Of a DNA stretch of 64,000 nucleotides, positions 26,257 through 40,961 are shown in pieces (positions within the stretch are counted from its first letter, which is position 1; every line of letters begins with the position of its first letter). The notes below the pieces were generated by a model. That model was not told where the DNA came from, ran no database searches, and was given only the letters and a program-made list of their open reading frames with translations. The translations under genes and the position numbers were made by a program. Source of the stretch: Microthyrium microscopicum (Eukaryota); the NCBI GenBank assembly GCA_010405405.1, contig MU004236.1, positions 2,052,070-2,116,069 of the forward strand. The letters run 5' to 3'.

Positions 26257-27037
26257 TGTGGGGATGGTTCTTGTGATTTTCCTGGTCGAGTTGATGATTC
26301 TTCCTCAGTAGATTCTGTTAAGCGTCTGATCAAATTACATTGGGCTTCAATTTTTATTTTGAACGGTTATCGGACTTTGATCATGGAGAAAGTAATCGCA
26401 ACTGGGCCGGAGGTTGAAGTCGCGAAATGAACCTTGTTCGAAACAGACGTTGACGATCCTGATAATGCACGTTGACGTCTATCATCGAGTATGTTCACAT
26501 GGCAAGTAACTCAAAATACATTTTTGTTACTATCCATTGACTTGATGGCAAGAAGTAACATTTTTGGTTTATTCAAAATTGGTACATTCTACTTTGGTAA
26601 TATGTTCTACGTTGTCTAACCCGTACATTCTACAGGATATGTCAATGAGTGAAGTGGAGCAGGCAATGGACTCACCCTTATTGCCAATTGCTACACAGTA
26701 GCACTCAGATTTTGTAAACATTATTTCCAAAATTCACATTACTCTATTCTACCCATTGTACGAACACAGATTTGCTTATCGTATTTGGTTTCTGGTTGGA
26801 TCAGCAGAGAGCTGGCTGTTCACAATAGGAGCAGTATAGGGCCTTGAGTGCTCAACCTAGAGTATTAATCAACGTTAATTTACTAGAGCACCTATATGAC
26901 CTTTAGTCCATATGGTCCGAATCAGGACACTAAACGGCACTTCCGAAAAATGATTGCCATATCCAGTGAATTGATAAAAATGTCAAAACCAGCGTCTACA
27001 ACCTCAAGTCTGCTTGAATATATCAAAAAACCTCACA

Positions 27038-28322
27038 ATGCGCAGCACTACCCTGCTAGCCGTTTGGCTGAGCCCAGTCGTGGTGACTGCTATGCCACAA
27101 GCTGATCCAAAAAGCGGTATGTCTTCCTGGGCCGCTTCATACTTTCCCAACGCTCGATCTGGTCACAATGCGTGGCTTGATCCGCAGAATGACAAGACAT
27201 GTAGTATGACGCTCGAACTGACAATCTCACAGGCTGTCCACCGCTAAAAAGCTCCACTCCATCCCTAATCAAGCCAGCAAATTGTCCAGATCCCAAGACA
27301 ATTCCCAACGCGAAAGGCACACTCAAAGACAATGAATGTCTCGTCGGCGGTATCATGGGCGTGTGTCACTCCACCGTCTCTGACAACTTACCGTCAACTA
27401 AAACATGAATAGGGCGACTTCTTCAACCCATGCTATGCGCCTGACTTGCGCAACGGCCTAGGACCAGGCTCAGGCGGCCGTTCAGTGTCGGACTGGTCTG
27501 GTGGCTCCGGCCCTCACAAAGCGCAATTCTTCACAGATCCCAGCCTGCCGAATCATACTATCTATGCACCGAAGACACCCGTTACAGGGAAGAAACTCCC
27601 ACTACTGGTCTGGGCGAACGGCGCGTGTGAGAGTGATGGCTCGGCGTTCTCAAATTTCCTTACGGAGATTGCGAGCCATGGATTTATTGTCCTGGCGAAT
27701 GGAAAGCCGTCAAAGGTCTGGGGAAAGGGTGGTTTCTCGATGCCAGGTGGTGAGAAGTCTAGGGCGGCACAGTTGACTAAGAGCATAGACTGGGCAGAGA
27801 AAGGAGGAGCTGCAAAATTTGGGGAAATCGATATGAGTAACGTCGCCGTCGCGGGACAGAGCTGTGGTGGTGTAGAAGCATATTCGGCGAGTGTATATGA
27901 GCCAAGAGTGAAGTTGATTGGCATATTCAACACCGGTGTTATTGATCCTGCCAGACGATGGATGCTGAAGGATATCAAGCAGCCAATTGGATACTTTTAT
28001 GGAGGCAAGGTGGACTTTTCGGAGAGCTTTGTATGTTACGTCTAAACGGATGTTATGTGGTACATTGCTAACTTTGTGGTAGATCACGCAAGATTTTAGA
28101 GAGATACCGGCGAGTCTCCCGGCTATGATGTCGTCTTTGCCAGTTGGGCATGGAGGGACATTTTCGGAGGCGAATGGTGGGAAGTTTGGGAAGGCTGCGG
28201 TTGCTTTCTTCAAGTGGAATCTTCAGGGAGATGCTGCGTCGAAGGATTTGTACTTTAACAAGACGTCTGCTTTGTATAAGGATGGTTGGACGATTGATAC
28301 GGCGCACTGGACACAGAAGTAA
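27038..28322 (+). CDS. Secreted alpha/beta-hydrolase (esterase; chlorophyllase/cutinase-like fold), 4 exons, ~354 aa
   Basis: Frame-consistent exons 27038-27116, 27233-27360, 27413-28030 and 28083-28322 with GT..AG introns and branch sites. Signal-peptide-like MRSTTLLAVWLSPVVVTA, FLTEIASHGFIVLA, nucleophile elbow GQSCGG, candidate catalytic His in VGHGGTF. Confidence 0.85.
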
Positions 28323-29175
28323 TGGAAAATACCCGTCGTAGCACATGATGCAGTTGTATAATGACGTCCTACCTTTTTTCGGCGAGGGTATTCTTGTTGC
28401 AAGTGCTGCATATTTACCTAAACACGTGTATTAATGCATATCATCCTATACTTGTCGTATGCGGTGGTGGGGCTGTGAAGCAAACCGTAAACTGTTTATA
28501 GCCCGGATTATAGTCGAGCGTCTGAGACTGCATGGTCAGCCAATGGGTAGAAAGAGGTTGATCCATGAGGAAGATTGTCTGAGCAGGATGGATCATACAC
28601 AATCTGTGGATGGAAATGATCAAAATATAGATGAGATGATGGAGTTCGTTGTGGAGGAGGACTGGAGAGGGAGATATTTGATAGGCAGGTGCCAGAAGGG
28701 CGGGTCGAGGATTGCTTACTGTGCTGGGCTCACAGGGCTAGTCAGCTCGAAATAGATCACAAATCAAAGATCAATGGGAGCCATGTGCAAATCTTACCTC
28801 TTTCAAACTGGTGTCCGCAAGAGCCTCTCCAGCTCTTTGGATCCTCCCGTTACCACTACCAAACCGTGCTAGACAATCTCGAAACATAGCGGGTCAAACA
28901 ACACTTGGAAGTAAGTCAGTAACTCAGTTCGACTTGGACGCCGGCACCTTCATTACTCCACGAAGATATATCTCCTACCTTGATCCGATACGCATTCAGC
29001 TCGCGAACTCGTCTATATCTTTACTGCTTTCAATTGGCCAATTCTACGTTCTAGGCGTGGCCCTTTTCCGGTCCTGTCCCTTTATGGACGCATCTTGAGG
29101 CTGAGTATCTGCAAGACTGCAACTGCCAATAAACGCATGGCCCAGCACAACTTGAATCTGGCCAGCCACCCTCCC

Positions 29176-29209
29176 CACTAGCGGATATCAGGGGCATTTC
29201 AAATCGTCC
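29176..29209 (+). repeat. Left terminal inverted repeat (34 bp, starts CACTA)
   Basis: Direct reading; pairs with 40962-40995 with two transition mismatches. Confidence 0.95.
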
Positions 29210-32200
29210 CAGGACGGCTTCAAATCCAGTAGCGTATTAGTATAGTTAAAATAAAGAATAGTAATAGATTTAGGACGTAGACTATATTTATAATTCGTTA
29301 TAGAACCTATGTTAAGACGATTAGCGTTAAGGACGTCTTAGCGTTATAAGTAGTATAAGCAAACTAACGTCTTAATATAGTTTATATAGAAAAGCGTATT
29401 AGTATAGTAGCCATATATAATAATTTATACTAAAAACGTAAAGCTAGTATATTATACTAAGATAGTTTAAACTAGAGATAATTAGTTAAGAAATATATTA
29501 ATAGTATACTATTCTAATAGTATCTATATAATATATTAACGTTTATAGTAAATACTATAGTAGGATGCTTACCTTATAAAGCGTCCTATAATTTAAGCGT
29601 CTTAGCAATTTTAGTATATTTAGGGCGTATTAGGTTAGTATAATTTAATTAAGAGGCTTAGCGTTAGTTTTGCGTCTATTCCTCTACCTTAAGATATAAT
29701 TATGACTTTACCTTAAAATCTTAAGCTACGTTAAATTAAATTTTATAACTTTAAAAAAATTTAATTTTACTTATTATGTCTACTAAGCTTACTACCCTTA
29801 ATGGCTAGAATAGCTAAAATAGCTAACCTACTCCTTTTACTAATAATCTGCCCTTCTCTACTAATATAGTGCCTACCGTCCTTTAGGCTACTACCTTTCC
29901 CTCCTTTTATACGCGTAATCTACGTATAACTATATTGCTATTAGCTATTATAAGTATAGTTCTTTCTAAAAGCTAGATTGTTTATTCTATTTATCTTTGT
30001 CTAATTATATCTAATTCTATAATTATATATTTATAACTTATTATTTTAAGTTGTATTTTAAAATTAGTATATAATGCTTCTAGTCTATCTATTATCTCTA
30101 AGTATAGCCTTATAGTAATTAGCATTACTACTAAGGTTTACTATATATATACTAAGTTTATATTATTCTTAATTAATGTATTACTTTCTACTAAATCTTC
30201 TTTCTAATTTTATTATACCTAATTAATATTAATAAGCCGTACTAACTAGTAGAGTAGAAAAATAAAGCTAAGCTTCGTAAATCCCTTACTATAAGTATAA
30301 CTAGCGCCTTTAGAGTAATAAAGAAGCGTAAGTATAATAATATTATATATAAAGATCTAGAGTCTACTACTACTACTACTTAAAAAGCTACTAAAGAAGC
30401 TACTAAAGCTATTACTACTACGCTAGATAATAAAGTACTTACTACTATTATTATTACTATTACTCTTACTACTAAGAAAGCGGCTACTATAACCCAAACT
30501 ACTATTACTAAGCTCTTAAAAGTTACTTAGAATAATTAGTCTCTAAAGTTAACTAGAGGGGCCTTTAAGATACTAAAGGTTAACTCTACGTCTTATATAA
30601 CTAAAAAGAAAATAGTTTTAAAGTAAGCTAAGCGCTTCTATTCCTTTATTTTTTATAATAACTAGTTTATAAAATAGGTTATAGAAAAGTTCTAGTCTAC
30701 TTTAAAGTATAGTATATAAAGATTAGCTTACGTATATATATATAATTTATATCTTAAAAATATATAGAATTTTAAGAACTATACTATTTTTAACTTTTAC
30801 GTAAATTATATACTATTTTAATATTCTATTTATTTTAATATTTATTATATATATATATATATCTATTTATTTAATAATCTATCTAATAATCTATCTACTT
30901 AGTTGTTAAATTTCTTATTAAATAAATAAATATATATATATATATAATAATTATTAAATTACTACTTTAATTATATAATTAAGATTATAAAACTATATAT
31001 TAATATAAAATAGACCTATATTATGAGCTATATAAAAGATTATATAGTTTTATAAGATCTTAGTTTATTTAATAATACTATTAAAACTTAACTTTAGTTA
31101 GACTACTCTTTTATATTCTTTTTATAGCTCTTTAACTTTATAAAAGAGTACTTAGACTTAGAAAAGTTCTCTAAGCTTAGAAAAGCTTAGTACTTAGATA
31201 TATTATAACTATTACTCTAAATTATATATATATACTAATACTATTATAGAATAGTTTATCTAGCTAAGTATTCTAATAATATATTAGCGCTAAGCTAAGC
31301 TTATAGCTAAAAAAGAGCCTACTAAAGTAAATTTAGCTTTAGTAAATATATCTAAGGACGCAATATTAGACTACTAGGATATTCTAGCGTATTAAAAAGA
31401 AATTTTTAACTTTCTTTACTTAAAAGATTTCTTCTAGCTTATAGTAATTACGTTAACTTCTACCTCTAAGAAGCTAGTTACTATCCTTAAGAGCGCTATT
31501 AAGCGCCTTATTAAGGTAGAGTTTAATTTTAATAGTTAGTATTTTTATTTAGTATTTATTAGTATAAAGTCTTATAAAGTTTTATAGAGTTTTTACTTAG
31601 AGTATATTTTTATAAAGTATATTTATATAATGTTTCTTATATTATTATTATTTTATTCTTATACTATTTTATACTTTCTTTATATAATTATTCCTATATT
31701 ATTATTATACTATTTTTATATAATTATTCTTATATTACTTTTAGTAGTATTATTTAGAGTTTCTTATTCCCTTAGAGTCCCTTTACGTCTTATTTCTTAC
31801 TTAGAGTTTTCTATAGCGTTTATTACTATAGGATATAAGACTATATAATTACGTAAACTTTATAATACTTCGTCGTCTCTAACCTATAGATCTACCTACT
31901 AATTATTAACTAGTAAGTTATGCTATACCTTAGGCTATTATTAATTACTTAGCTTATACTTGCTATATATCCTCTTAATAGGATTCCTTTATATACTAAC
32001 ATAATTAGTTATTCCTAAGTACTAGTTAGTATTAGTATTTAGGATCTATATACTAAGAGTTTTATAATACTATAATAGAGTTATAAGTAACTATAAGATA
32101 ATATAGTATTAATATTTCGTAAATAGATATTATATTTATAGGCTATATTATTCTTTACTAATATATTATATAGTTTCTACTTATACCTTATTAAGATAAC

Positions 32201-33779
32201 TAACCTTTAAGCTACCTAAATCGCTTTTATAGAGTCTAAAGGTATAGTTAGACTATATATATATTACTTATTAGCTTTATATTATAATACTATAAGTATA
32301 AAGCTTTAAGGCTTCTTAATACTAGCTACTTATTATAATATTAAATAATACTATCTTAAGTAGGAATAGTAAGAAGGCTTATACTACTAAGGATATAATA
32401 GTAGGTTTGTTAAGAACTCTATATTAACTAAATTAGTATTAAGAAAATTACTAACGCTAGTATAATTAATAGTTTATATTATTATTCTTAGCTTTAAGTA
32501 AAGGTAATTAGATAGGTACTAAATAGTTTAATACGTATTAATTAATTTACTAAGTAATAATATAAAATTAGATTATAAACTAGCTACTTCTTTACTTTAA
32601 TAATTACTTACTATTATACGCTATTACTATTATATACTATTCTAATTAGTAAGCTATAGCTAGCAAAATAGACATAGTATTTAGCTACTACTATATTATG
32701 AATTCTTTTATAGCCTTAACCCTTAGTTATAGCATAATCTATTTAGTTTACTATTATATTTAGTTTAGCGTTAAGTAATTATAAATATTAATTACTATAC
32801 CTAGTAGTATATTATAAAACTAATCTAAGTTAGTATATATATAGATATAGTTAAGATAATCTAAATTAACAATCTTGCTAAATAAGCTACTTAACTACGT
32901 AAAGAAAGGCTATAGTAAAGAAGACGAAGGAATTAGTATTATTTATAAAGATAATAGCTTAACTATATATTTGCTTACTTATAAGTAATTAATCAATATA
33001 AGAGTCTAGTTATAGGTTAGCTTAAAGGAAATAATTAAGTCTAGAGTATATATATTATCTAATAATAGCTTTTTAAGGTCGCGTTGCGTAACTCTAGCTT
33101 TCTAGCTACGCCTATTAATGTCTTTATTATGCCTTCTCTTTTTCTAACTCCCTACTACTGTTTAGGATATTATAAAGCTACGCTTAGACTATAATAAGGC
33201 TATAAAAGGCTAAAAATACTACCTTAAATTTATTAAATAGTAAGAGGGGCGTTTTAGTACTACTTAAATAGTAATTGCTTCTTCTAAATAATTATTTACT
33301 ACTTAGAATTAAATTTTTTCTCTAACTTTATCTTATACTTTGCCTTAAAACTCCTCTATATTTCTTTTTATTATTATCTATTTTTATCCTCTACTTCCTT
33401 TATCTACTTTTATTATCTACTTTTATTATCTATATTCTTACTATAACTACTAAGAACTAATCCTATAATATTATGTTTCTATTATTATTAGAGCAGTGCC
33501 GTTATTATAGTAGGTCGTAGTTGCTATAAGATAAAGTATAATAATAATAAGCATTAACCTTATTATTATTCTAAGTTTGCTCTAGTCGCTATAAATTTAG
33601 ATAATAATAAATAAGATAAAGTATAAGATAACTAGCTAATAGGTAGATATAATAAGCCTTTTAGTTCTATTAAACACGCTAAAGCTAAGTATAATATACC
33701 TACCGCTATACTTACTAACCTTAATTAATAAGTAAATTCAAAGCTTTAAGATAAGGTTTATCTTTTATCCATCACTATA

Positions 33780-36700
33780 GTTATATATTTCTTACTTATA
33801 TTTATTCTTATAGGTTACTAATAACCTTTAGGTTATAACTATATTACTTTAGAAATAGAACATTGCTATTATAAAGGAAGATACTTAAGATAATCTTGCT
33901 ACTATTATTACTAAATATATAGATAAGAATATTAATTAAGTTATTTAAGATATAGACCTTTAAGCATACCTTATAGACATAGCTTTATAAGCCATTAATT
34001 TTATAAAAAATATCCCTAACGAAGATATTAATCTAGATTATAATCTTACTATTAATCTTAACCTCCTATAGTTAAATATTTTAACTTCTATAACTATCTA
34101 AGTTTTAATAGATACTACTAAGTTTAATAGTCTACTAGTTCCTTTTAGTAAAGTATTACAAGTTTATAATCCTTTAGCTAACTATAAGAAAAAGAAATAT
34201 CTATTACTAACCTCTAATACTACTTCTAAACTATCTAATTATAAGCTTCTATCTAAATTAGAGTTAGTACTAGGATTATAATATAAAGATTATAGTATCT
34301 TGCGGACGTAGTATTAAAGCTTATAAGATATCTTTAAGATAATTAATACCTAAACCCTTCCTCTTATAGCGAAGCTTCTTAGCTTATTAAATATAATTAA
34401 GAACTACCTTAAAAACTACCTTTTGCGTATTTAGATTTGCTAATAGGAGGTTAACCTTAAGATTAAATAGCTTCTAATAATCTTAGCTATAGATCTAATT
34501 TAAGACATAAACGTATTTAAAAGTAACGTATTCTTCTTAAATATTCTTAAGCTAATTCGTAATGTTATTACTTTTTAGGTAATTAAAGACAAACTTTATA
34601 CTAATATAGCCTACTTTATTAATAATCTAAAGGAACTCTAAGAAAGCAACGCCTAGGCGTCGTTAATCTACGCCTTATCTAATAAATTTACTCTTATTTA
34701 GGATTTATAGCTTAACTACTTACAATCTATCTTTTTATTTAACTTTATATAGTTTTAATATAATAACAATAGCTACGTATAATGTCTTATAAGCCTAGAT
34801 TAGTATTTATATATTAGTTATATTATTACCTTTAATAAGGACTTCTAATTACATCGCAATTATAAAAGACCGCTAAGAAAAACCGTTATTAAGATATAAG
34901 AAGTTTAGCTTACTAGTATACTTAAAAAACGCTAAGGTTTAAGTATATAGTCTTTATCTCGTAAAGAAGTAGTAGTAAATACTAATTTTATAAGCGCCTT
35001 TAAGAAATTAGTATAAGATACTTTAATAAAATAGCCTATACTAAACTTAGGTTAAATACTAGTACCTTAATATAAAAATAATCTTTTTATTTAACTAGCT
35101 TATAGACTACTAGTACCTATAGCAAGTAATAAGTATATTCTTATTAAGAACTATATATTAATTATTCTTAAGACTAACGCTTTATATATATATCTTATAA
35201 TAGCTTTAACTCGCATCTTTATTATAAATTAAGAGTATAGTATTCCTTAGATTATACTAAACCTATCGCTTAATAAGCTAACTCTTACTACTCTATTTAT
35301 TTATTAAATATTTAACTCTACCTTAGGCCTTCGTTTACTATATTAGAGCTATCTACTATAAAGAAAAATTAAAATTAAGAAGTATAATTAATAAGCACTT
35401 AAGACTATATTTATTCTAGCTAGTAATAAAGACATAAACGTTATATCTATCTCTTTAATATATTTTATTAATAGATTTAGATTATATAGTATTATATATC
35501 GTTCCCTTATAGGTATCTATATATTTCTTACTAGTTTATTATATTATAAGCGTAATTATAACTTAAATATTATTCCCTATACTCTTAGTCCGTATAGTTA
35601 TTTAGAAGATTCTTTTATTAATATTATTAAAGAATACCTTTAGTTCTTATTTATTAGTAAGGTTAAGATTACTATTAATAAATATAAGGTCTACTTATAT
35701 ACCTATATCTACGTGTTTATTAGAGATATACCTTAATAATAAGCAAACTTAAGGATACTATTATAAAATACGAAACTAGGTTATTAATCTTATTAAATTA
35801 ATAAGAGTAAGCGCTCTTTCTTAAGGTTTAATACTACGACTTATAGTCGTTTTTATTTTAGTATTAAGCGAGTTTATAAAGCTATAACCAAACTTAATAG
35901 CATTAAGAAGAAGTAAGCGTTTAGCTCTACTACTAAATATAAAGTAAAGCTATACCTTCTATAACTTATTCTAAAATTAGATTTTGTCTTAGATTGCCCT
36001 TTAAATCTAGCTTATTCTAAGTTAGAAGAACTAATTAAGCAACTTTATATCCTATTTATTAAAGCTATTATTAAGCCTAATTAGATTAATACTTATAATA
36101 AAATTCTTTAAAGCTTTTTTTTACTATATAACTAGGGTCGTATTTAGAATCTAACTATATATATTAAAAGCTTTACGCTTTAGGAATATAATTATTAGTT
36201 AATTATTATTAGTATATTACTTCTACTTTAGCTTTAACCTAAATTTATTAAGCTACTTTACGCTAAAGCTATATAGATAGTATTTATTAATAAGATTTAG
36301 AAGCTTAATAGTAAATAAGCTAAGCTCTTTACTTAGATAAATTAAGATATAAATATCTTATACGATATATTAGTTCTAGCCTTTAAATCTATTACCTAAT
36401 TTAATTACTTATACCTAAATACTAATATTTAGCTTAAAGATTAAGCTACTTATATATAGTAAACACTATACGTACAATTTATGTTTTAAAAACTTTTTAA
36501 GTATAATTTATAAGTAGCTATAATTAATCCTTATATATAATAAGTATTATAAGCATAAAGCCACTATACTATTCTAAGTATAGTTACTATAGTAAGTATA
36601 TCATTACCTTTAGTTACTTTATCCTCTATACTATTATTAATGTCTATACTATTCCTAATATCTATACTATTACTAAATATAGCCTTATTTAGTATAAATA

Positions 36701-37500
36701 CTATTATTACTACTTTAGCTTATATAATTAAGCAGTATTATACTAATCTAAGCACTATTAATATTCTAGTAAGCTAAAAGAATACTTTAAAAGTAGTACT
36801 CTATTAAAACGTCCAAGCTTGTTTAAATATCTATATTAGTCTATACTATTCTATTCTTATTAATAAGTACTTAGGTAATAGTAACTATACTACTTTTAAT
36901 AAAGAGAAAGAGCATTATAACTTAAAGAATAATATTAAGAATACAAACTATTAGCTACCTTATTACGATCTTATAGTTTATAAGGCTAAAAGCTAAGGAA
37001 TTTAGTTTGCGCTTTTTAGAGCTTATATAAATATAACTTATAAGAAGAAGATCTTTCTTACTCTTAAGTATCTATAAATACGTCTTTTTAACCTATTTAC
37101 TTAGTTACTTCTAAAGTCTAACTAGAAAGTAGAAAATAATAATAATAAAAATACTTTAATAAATACTATAAAGGTTATAAATAATCCTATATACTTTATA
37201 CTTAAGGCTTACTCTAAAATCTTATAAAAGTTCTATACTAAAATACTATATTTCTCTATTAAGTCCGTAGATAGTAATCTTTATTTTAAAAATAAGTTTT
37301 GTAATATACTACTTAACGCTTATAATAGAGATTATAGAGAGTTAGCTATATTTCTTAAGTAATTAGCTATTACCTAGTTTAAAAGCATTTTATTTAATAA
37401 CCTATAAGTTTTAGTCCTAAATACCTATTATAATTACTAATATAAATTAGTAATACTTAATATTACTTAACGATAAAGATAGGTTAGTTTATTTACTATA
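33780..37500 (+). pseudogene. RIP-inactivated CACTA/CMC-type DDE transposase
   Basis: All motifs lie in one frame (mod 3 = 1). 35461 YFINRFRLYSIIYRSLIGIY de-RIPs to FIDGFGLY...YRSL.GIY. 35581 TLSPYS de-RIPs to TLGPHG. 35716 FIRDIP***ANLR..L*NTKLGY*SY de-RIPs to FIGDMPQQQANSG....A.LGC.SC (C2C). 36001 LNLAYSKL de-RIPs to LDPAHSEL (DxxH). 36130 N*GRI*NL de-RIPs to WGRIQNP. 36826 NIYISLY de-RIPs to NIHIGLH (H3H). 36901 reads KEKEH. Ends are approximate. Confidence 0.85.
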
Positions 37501-40500
37501 GTTAAAAACGTATTAAATATATTAAAACTATAGCTATATATTAATTTACTAAGCTACTTACTATTAAAACTTAACGTATATTCCTATATATTAATAAGGT
37601 TATTATTTATAACTTAATTAAGGATTATATAATAGATTATAATATTCTTTAGATTACTAACTAGGTTAATCTAGTAGAACTCTAAATACTTTAGCTAAAG
37701 CATATCTACGTTATACTATTTAAGTATAGTAGTTACTAATAGGCTCTTTTAGCTATAAATAAAGCTAATAGCTTTATTTATATTAATTAGAATATTACCT
37801 TTATATAAGCTAAGCTCTAACGTTAAGTTATTACTTAACTATTTTATTCTAGTTTATTAGTTAGTACTATTTATTAACCTATTTCTTTACTTATCTTATA
37901 CCTACCTATCTAGCTTTATATAAGTCTAACTTAATCTAATTAACTACTTAATAAACTAGCTAAGCGTTATATTATATTATTTTCTATTTTTTTTATTTTA
38001 TTATATCTAAAAGTTTATTAAATATATCTACCTAATATTTTAGTATATAGGGTAGAAATAAAAGGTAGGTTATCCTAGCTATATATTTACTAGCATATAC
38101 TAACTCCTTATAGGTAAAGTTATTATTTAAAATCTAGTTCCTAGTTAGCTCTACTTTATTTCTTTATTATTATTAAGACTATATAGGACTATAAAAGGTT
38201 AGGCTTCTAGATTTATGCTATAGACTAGACTTAGACTAGATACCTTAGAATCTAATTATACCTAAATAATTCTCTACTTATTATTACTAGACGGACCCTA
38301 GAATAAGTAGTTAAGTTTTAGAATAAAAAATATTTAGTATATCTCTAAATATTTATAGCTCTATATAAATTCGTAACCTATCTATAATTAACCTCTATGC
38401 TTTATAATAAAATATTTATTACTAACCTATTATTTAATACGCTCTTAAACTTTATACTATTATCTATATATAATTTATAGAACCTCTCTATAACCTAGTA
38501 AACTATTATTAATACTCTTTATAGTAGTTAATAGGCTAATTAATATAATGCTTAAATACTTAATATTCTATATTTCTAATAACTAATAAGTAGTAGTATA
38601 ACTACTTCCTTTTAATCTTACGCAATATTTAAAGGAAAAAATTTAAAGGTTAGTAGCGTTTATTATTTATTTTACTTAAAGTTTAGTAATATCTAGATAT
38701 AAAGTATAAGCTTATAATCTTTATTATGCTATAAATATTATACTATATTAGCTAATATATACTTTACTATTAATTTATATATCTATTTCGTATTATAAAA
38801 GAACTAACCTTAATATAATCTACGCCTTAAATATACTAATAGTAATTACGTCTTACTCTATATCCTTAAATTCTAATATAGTACTTATAGTATTAAAGGT
38901 TAGTAGGCTTATTTATCTATCTATTTTTTATACGTTAGTAATATTTAAGTATAGAGTATGTATTTCTAAATACCTATTATACTAAGGCTATCCTACTATG
39001 TTTAGTATATACTTTCTTAATATTTATTAGTATTATAAAGCAAGATACTAACTTAAACATAATTAATAATATAACTTTTAAATTAGCCTACTTATATTAA
39101 TAGTGTCTTGCTGTATTGAAGTTAAGTACTTACGTCCTTTCTTTCTTATACCTATACGTACGTAGTCGCGTTATATGTCTTTCTCTATATTATATCTTAT
39201 ATAAAATATATACTAGTATTAGCGCTAACCTACTAGCAGCACTAGATTTATTAGCTTAAGTAGAAGACTATTATATACTATAAGATATCTAGCCTTTTTA
39301 TTTACCCTATCTACTCTATCTACTCTATTATATGCTCTTTTAATCTCCTTATATTAGGGGACTAAATAAGCCTATAGCAATTAAATAAGAGCGTACTACT
39401 TTTTAATCCCTATTATTAATATTACTAACGTTTTATATAATATAAAGATAATCCTATATACTAGTATATACTTTATAAACTAGAACGAAATATTATTATA
39501 TTATAATATACGTATATCTTTAGATCCTATTTATATCTAGTACGACTAGTACAATAAATTAGCTAATAATATAAAGAGAGGTAAAGACTACGCAAAAGGA
39601 GAGGAAGAACTAGCTTTATAAGTATAAAATATAGTAGTAAACGACTTTAAGGTATACATACTAACACTAAACTATTATATACTAATATAAATATAATAAG
39701 CAAGTATATTATTAAAAACGTTTAATAAGAGGCTAGTATAAAAGGAGGACGAGAGAAAGGTAAATATAAATATTAATTATAAAACTAGGGAGTCCTTAGG
39801 ATTATAGCTAACTATTAGTAGATTCTAATAACTAGATAAGATAGATATATAATTAACTAGTAAGAACTTAATATTATAATCTTTAATAATAAATACTAAT
39901 ATATTAAACTAAGATATTACGATATAAGCTATCTACTATATAAGTAATATATATTTAATGCTTATATATAAATTAATATAAGTTCGTATCCTTTTTAATA
40001 TAGTATTACTAATATTAAGGCTAACTAAGTAGTACTAAATTATTTATTTAGAAACTTACTACTAAGCTTCTAAAGTTTCTAAATACTTTATCCTTATAAA
40101 CTTTAAGGAATTTATAACGATTTACGATTTCTAAAGCTCCTTTTGCCTTAGAACCTTAATATCTAGTTAAAATAACGACCTACTAAGGGCTTCTTAACTA
40201 CGCTAGATTATACTATAGATTAAAAATAATCCATTAAGGCTTATAAAATATACTATCTTCTATCCTATAGTAACCTATATAAGGCTATATTTACTATTAT
40301 ATTATCTAATACCTCTTTATTTACTATATTCTTCCTTAAAAAGTTTATATAATTAATAACTTATTAATTATTAATTTAAAGAACGGCTAGGCTAATATCT
40401 ATCTATATTCTTAAATATTTAAGGTACGAAAGGACTTAGAAAATTAGAGATCTTATTTTAAGTAAAGGTTAATAAAGAGGTTAGTAATAGTAGAGTAGTA

Positions 40501-40961
40501 GAATAAAGGATTAGATCTAGGATCTTAATCTAGGACGATTAGATAGGTAGTAGAATAAGATCTAGATAAGATTATATTATACTATATTAAAAGACTTAAA
40601 AGTAGCTAGCCTATAATAAATTATACTTACTCTATACTACGCTTTCTCTAATTACGAACCTAGGCTACCTTAAAATAAAGAAAAAATCCTATCTACTTTA
40701 GGAAGCTATAAATAAGTAAACGTCCTAGTATTAAGATATCCTAACTATAAGTCGTCCTATAGCCTTAAAATATTTTAATAGTATCTTATTTATTAATAAG
40801 ATAGCTTAACTTTAAGGCATTTTTATTTTATACTATTTATTATAAAGACGTATAAACCCTATAAATAATTTAAACGTACTATAATATCTACCATAAGGTA
40901 TTATAGGACGCTATTAATTTTGAATTAGTAGCTAGAAAAAACGCGTCATAGCACGGTCACA

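Noticed and set aside
28441..29098. Short ORFs between the hydrolase and the CACTA element
   Set aside because: No recognisable motifs, signal peptide or consistent splice structure.
31630..31848. 72-aa hydrophobic ORF in the ORF track
   Set aside because: Low-complexity I/L/Y/F string produced by extreme AT content inside the RIPed transposon.
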